In this document: positions 60,751 to 64,000 of the stretch, one piece after another | Numbering within the stretch: the stretch's first letter is position 1 | How the letters are laid out: each line of letters begins with the position of its first letter | Source: Nemertoderma westbladi | Lineage: Eukaryota; Animalia; Xenacoelomorpha | Reading direction: 5' to 3' | NCBI GenBank assembly: GCA_032718475.1 | Contig: JAUCBJ010000675.1 | Coordinates: 1 to 64,000, forward strand | Length of the DNA: 64,000 nucleotides | Program-made: the position numbers and the translations under genes | The notes under the pieces: generated by a model | What the model saw: only the letters and a program-made list of their open reading frames with translations | The model's database searches: none | Told to the model about the DNA's origin: nothing

Positions 60751-60937
60751 GAAGTTCCCTCGGATGCGGTCAACCGGAGTTTTATCCCCCGGGTGGGAGG
60801 ATTGTGGGAGGGTCGGAGGCACTGCCTGGTGCCTGGCCATGGCAGGTCAGTCTGGAGACCGATGGGAAACACTGGTGTGGAGGGACATTGCTGCACCGAA
60901 AGTATGTACTGGCGGCTGGACACTGCACAATAAAAAT
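60751..60937 (+). CDS. Chymotrypsin/elastase-like S1A protease exon 2 (propeptide CGQP...R|IVGG through the His motif AAGHC)
   Basis: Acceptor TTTCTCACAG; [34 protein letters not shown]; donor GTTAGT, phase 2. Confidence 0.93.
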
Positions 60938-61539
60938 GTTAGTTAAATGGTTTTTATTACTTGTGTGTTCTCTCTTGAAATTGTAATACAAATTAAGTTT
61001 CTAGTACAAGCTATAAGTTTACTTGGTTCCATAAAGGTTGTGGGTGCCATGGAGCCCATTATGGCACTTAGAAGGTACTTAGAAAAACCTTTGCCATGGT
61101 AACTGGAAACATAAAAATAGTGCTGCATATTGTTCCTTGGTGTACTTGATATATTGGTGGTAATTTCTGATCCATGACTCTACGACCACTGCACGTACAT
61201 TACGTCCGCCCATTGCTAAGGACATTGCCAATAGAGCTAACATTGATGGTCGTTTTCACTTGTATTTTAAAAAAACTACATATGGCATTAAAATTCATCA
61301 TTCATTCACCAAAAAGGTAATCTTTTTTAAATTTTAACTCGTCATATCTACTATAAGATGTTGATATGTCAATTTCCTTCGTTGCTATATTTAAGATACT
61401 GTAAAAACCACCGCAACCGTTTGTTCATGTCTACCCAATTTTTTTTAATGTCCCATATCTGTACTAAACATCTATGTGGGGTAGCCGAGTCATATAAAAA
61501 ATTCCAACGGGGTCATATGTGGAGCCTGTACTAATTGGT

Positions 61540-62200
61540 GTTGTCTCATTAGTTTCCCCTAGCTTGACACTTAAACGGAGCTGCCTCCATTTCACACGAC
61601 CTCAAGGAGAAAATAAGCATGGTGGACAGCCCATGACTTTAGTGAGACGCCTTTTACTACTACTACTATAATCGGCCTGCTGCATTGAAACAGCCCATTG
61701 AGATGCTATGCCAGCTTAACAATAACATTTTGTCACCACCATGCAATCAACAATTTCCAAACCCAATGCAGCGTGCATTAAGAATGCTATGCCGGCTTAT
61801 CAACAAAGTTGCACTATCCCCCATGACTTTCGTGAGATTATCCGCATCTTCAAGGTCAGTGTGCTTTAGGAGGTGTCTCACGAAAGTCATGGGCTGTCCA
61901 CCGGGCGTATTTTCTCTATGGTTCTGCCAATGCATAAGATTGTCCACAGCGAAGACAATGTCCTGTAAAGCGGAGGTGGCCTGGTTCTAGTGTCAAGCTT
62001 GGGGGAACCAATGCGACACATCAAATGTTATAAAGTGTGTGCATTGTACTTGACACAGAGACGCCTCTTAAAAGACACTCTGGCCTTGATGATCCGGATA
62101 ATCTCGCGAAAGTCATGGGGGATAGGGAGGGAGATGTTCAGGGCAATTTTGTCGATGACCCAGCGTAGCATTCTTAATGCATACAGCATTTAAGCATGCC
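61540..62200. mobile_element. Rearranged fragments of RTE-like LINE 3' ends in both orientations
   Basis: GGTGGACAGCCCATGACTT, GCATCTTCAAGG and CAAGCTTGGGGGAACCAAT are shared with the copies at 22k and 39k. Confidence 0.7.
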
Positions 62201-63002
62201 AATTGTGGATTGGATGCATGGCTACTTAAAATATTTTAATAAAATTTTAAATATTTTATTTTAAGGCCAGCATAGCATCTCTATATTGTGCAGCTGTAAT
62301 GCAGCAGCTTGCAATTAACCAGTTGCAGTTCAGTCTGTCAGGATGATAGTCTCGAAATCAGTATCAGTACCTTTCACCCGGTATTAGGTTCAGGTGAAGA
62401 CCTGCGTCGTGCCCGTTAGTCCTCGTAAATGGATCAACATATTGAACCAACATCATTATGACCAACTCCAACTCCACCTTTATTGTCATATATCATGATT
62501 GCGAAACGTATAATGGCCACTCGAGTACCTTAATTCCACTTAATTCATCAGCAACAGTAACATAATTTCGCTTCTGTAGAAAGGCTTGGTCCTTATATTG
62601 ACTATCAAGATTCCGCAATGCATGTATGTATCTGCTGCAACATAAACCTGAAGTTCTTATGGTGTATGCAGATTCCCTGCCAAGTTTAGCTGCTTTTGTG
62701 AGAACGCTGACTCATAGACGTTTTGTTAAGATAATTAATTAATTTATGTTGAACAAACTTGTGCACTAGAAAGCCGTGGTAAGAGAAAGACAGGCTTTCT
62801 AGTATTATAATAATATAACATTCTAATAATATATTCATTGTGTCAAGTACAATGTACACATGTCCAATCAGACACTATAGGACATTGGTTTTAATTCGGA
62901 TTGTCGACAATTTAGCACAGTCATTAAAATCGTTCCTGTTCAAACCCCTTGGATTATCAGATATGTTATGTAAATGGTTATTGTATTTTCTTTATTTTTC
63001 AG

Positions 63003-63084
63003 AACTACTGATTCTAAGGTAGTCCTGGGAGATCACAATCTCGAATTAACCAGTGGACGAGAACAAACAATTGGAATTAAAACT
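63003..63084 (+). CDS. S1A protease exon 3 (TTDSKVVLGDHNLELTSGREQTIGIKT); gene continues beyond the window
   Basis: Acceptor TTTTTCAG, donor GTAAGT; V.LG.HNL....EQ motif; phase-compatible with exon 2. Confidence 0.85.
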
Positions 63085-63399
63085 GTAAGTTTCTGTCAAC
63101 CAATACTTAGTAATCGTCCTTGACAAAATGGCTTGCTTGCTTTGAGTAGGACATTTTATATGTCAACCTACTTTTATATTCTTACATTCGTCACTTTATA
63201 AATTAATTGAATTCTGTAATTCTTTATAATTTAATAACTTTTAATTAACATATTAACTTCACAAATGGTTTGACGGTTGTGAAACATAAATATGTTACAT
63301 TTTCACCGCTGGGGACTTCCCTTAACCAATCGATTTTGAGCGCTAGGCCCTTTATTACGGTACTCTTTCAATATTATACATACATAAATGTTAGATTTG

Positions 63400-64000
63400 A
63401 AATCGTACATAATATGGTGTGGAATGTCATAATAATAGTAGACAAAGATGTAAAGAATCGGGAAATTAAGAGAGCTTTATAGGACAAATCTTCATATGAG
63501 AAGCTGTGTATGACCCTATGAGTAAATTTATGTCGGAACTTAAGCACATGGTAAAGGAGATATATAGAACTGCGAGAATGCATTGTTCCCAAACGACCCA
63601 CCATCGGGTACGTTTTTACGCTTTTCAAAGACCATAAGGATAAATCAGAGTGGATAAACTGTGGGCGACATCCTTGTACCCAAAGCGAGGTTTGTTAATC
63701 TCAATCTTAATCTCGGAACAAGCTGCTTAACTACTCAACTCCATCATCCAAACGCTCTTGGAGAGGATGCCCCACTATATTCCGAACCTCGGCTCAGTAG
63801 GAAAGCATTACCGGACAACCCACATGAGAGTGATTCTCATGGTGCTGGATGTTAAAGATATGTTTCCATCGGTGGATCATTTCTTGGTGACAGATGGAAA
63901 TATCTGCCACACTGGCAGAGAATCACGATCTCATCAAGGAGACTGGTTATGCTGTAGAGCATATTATTGTGCCTTTGAAGTTCGTTATTACACATCATAT
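63400..64000 (+). mobile_element. Penelope-like reverse transcriptase remnant
   Basis: VILMVLDVKDMFPSVD resembles RT motif A of Penelope-like elements; heavily degenerate. Confidence 0.4.

Overview
AT-rich, repeat-dense genomic DNA from an invertebrate animal (eukaryotic: spliceosomal GT-AG introns; no prokaryotic features). The backbone is a six-coding-exon calumenin/CREC gene on the minus strand (55397 down to 12194, C-terminal HDEF), reconstructed by hand from splice sites. Three other genes sit inside its introns: an intronless bestrophin with an altered Ca2+ clasp (same strand), a TOE1/CAF1Z deadenylase (opposite strand), and a small secreted protein of signal peptide plus two fibronectin type II domains (opposite strand). 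TOE1 is interrupted by a 1.4-kb foldback DNA element whose terminal GT and target-site AG define an intron that restores the reading frame (Introner-like), and its catalytic H-x-A-x-x-D motif is repeated ten times in tandem. A chymotrypsin-like S1A protease gene starts head-to-head with calumenin and runs off the right edge. The rest is transposons: a hAT inserted into a very large LINE, RTE-like LINE copies, an AcademX element with a nested MITE, a BEL/Pao retrotransposon with an extra ~500-codon ORF, Gypsy and Penelope remnants, several MITEs, a tRNA-derived SINE and minisatellites. Single-base frameshifts in calumenin and TOE1 may be assembly errors.
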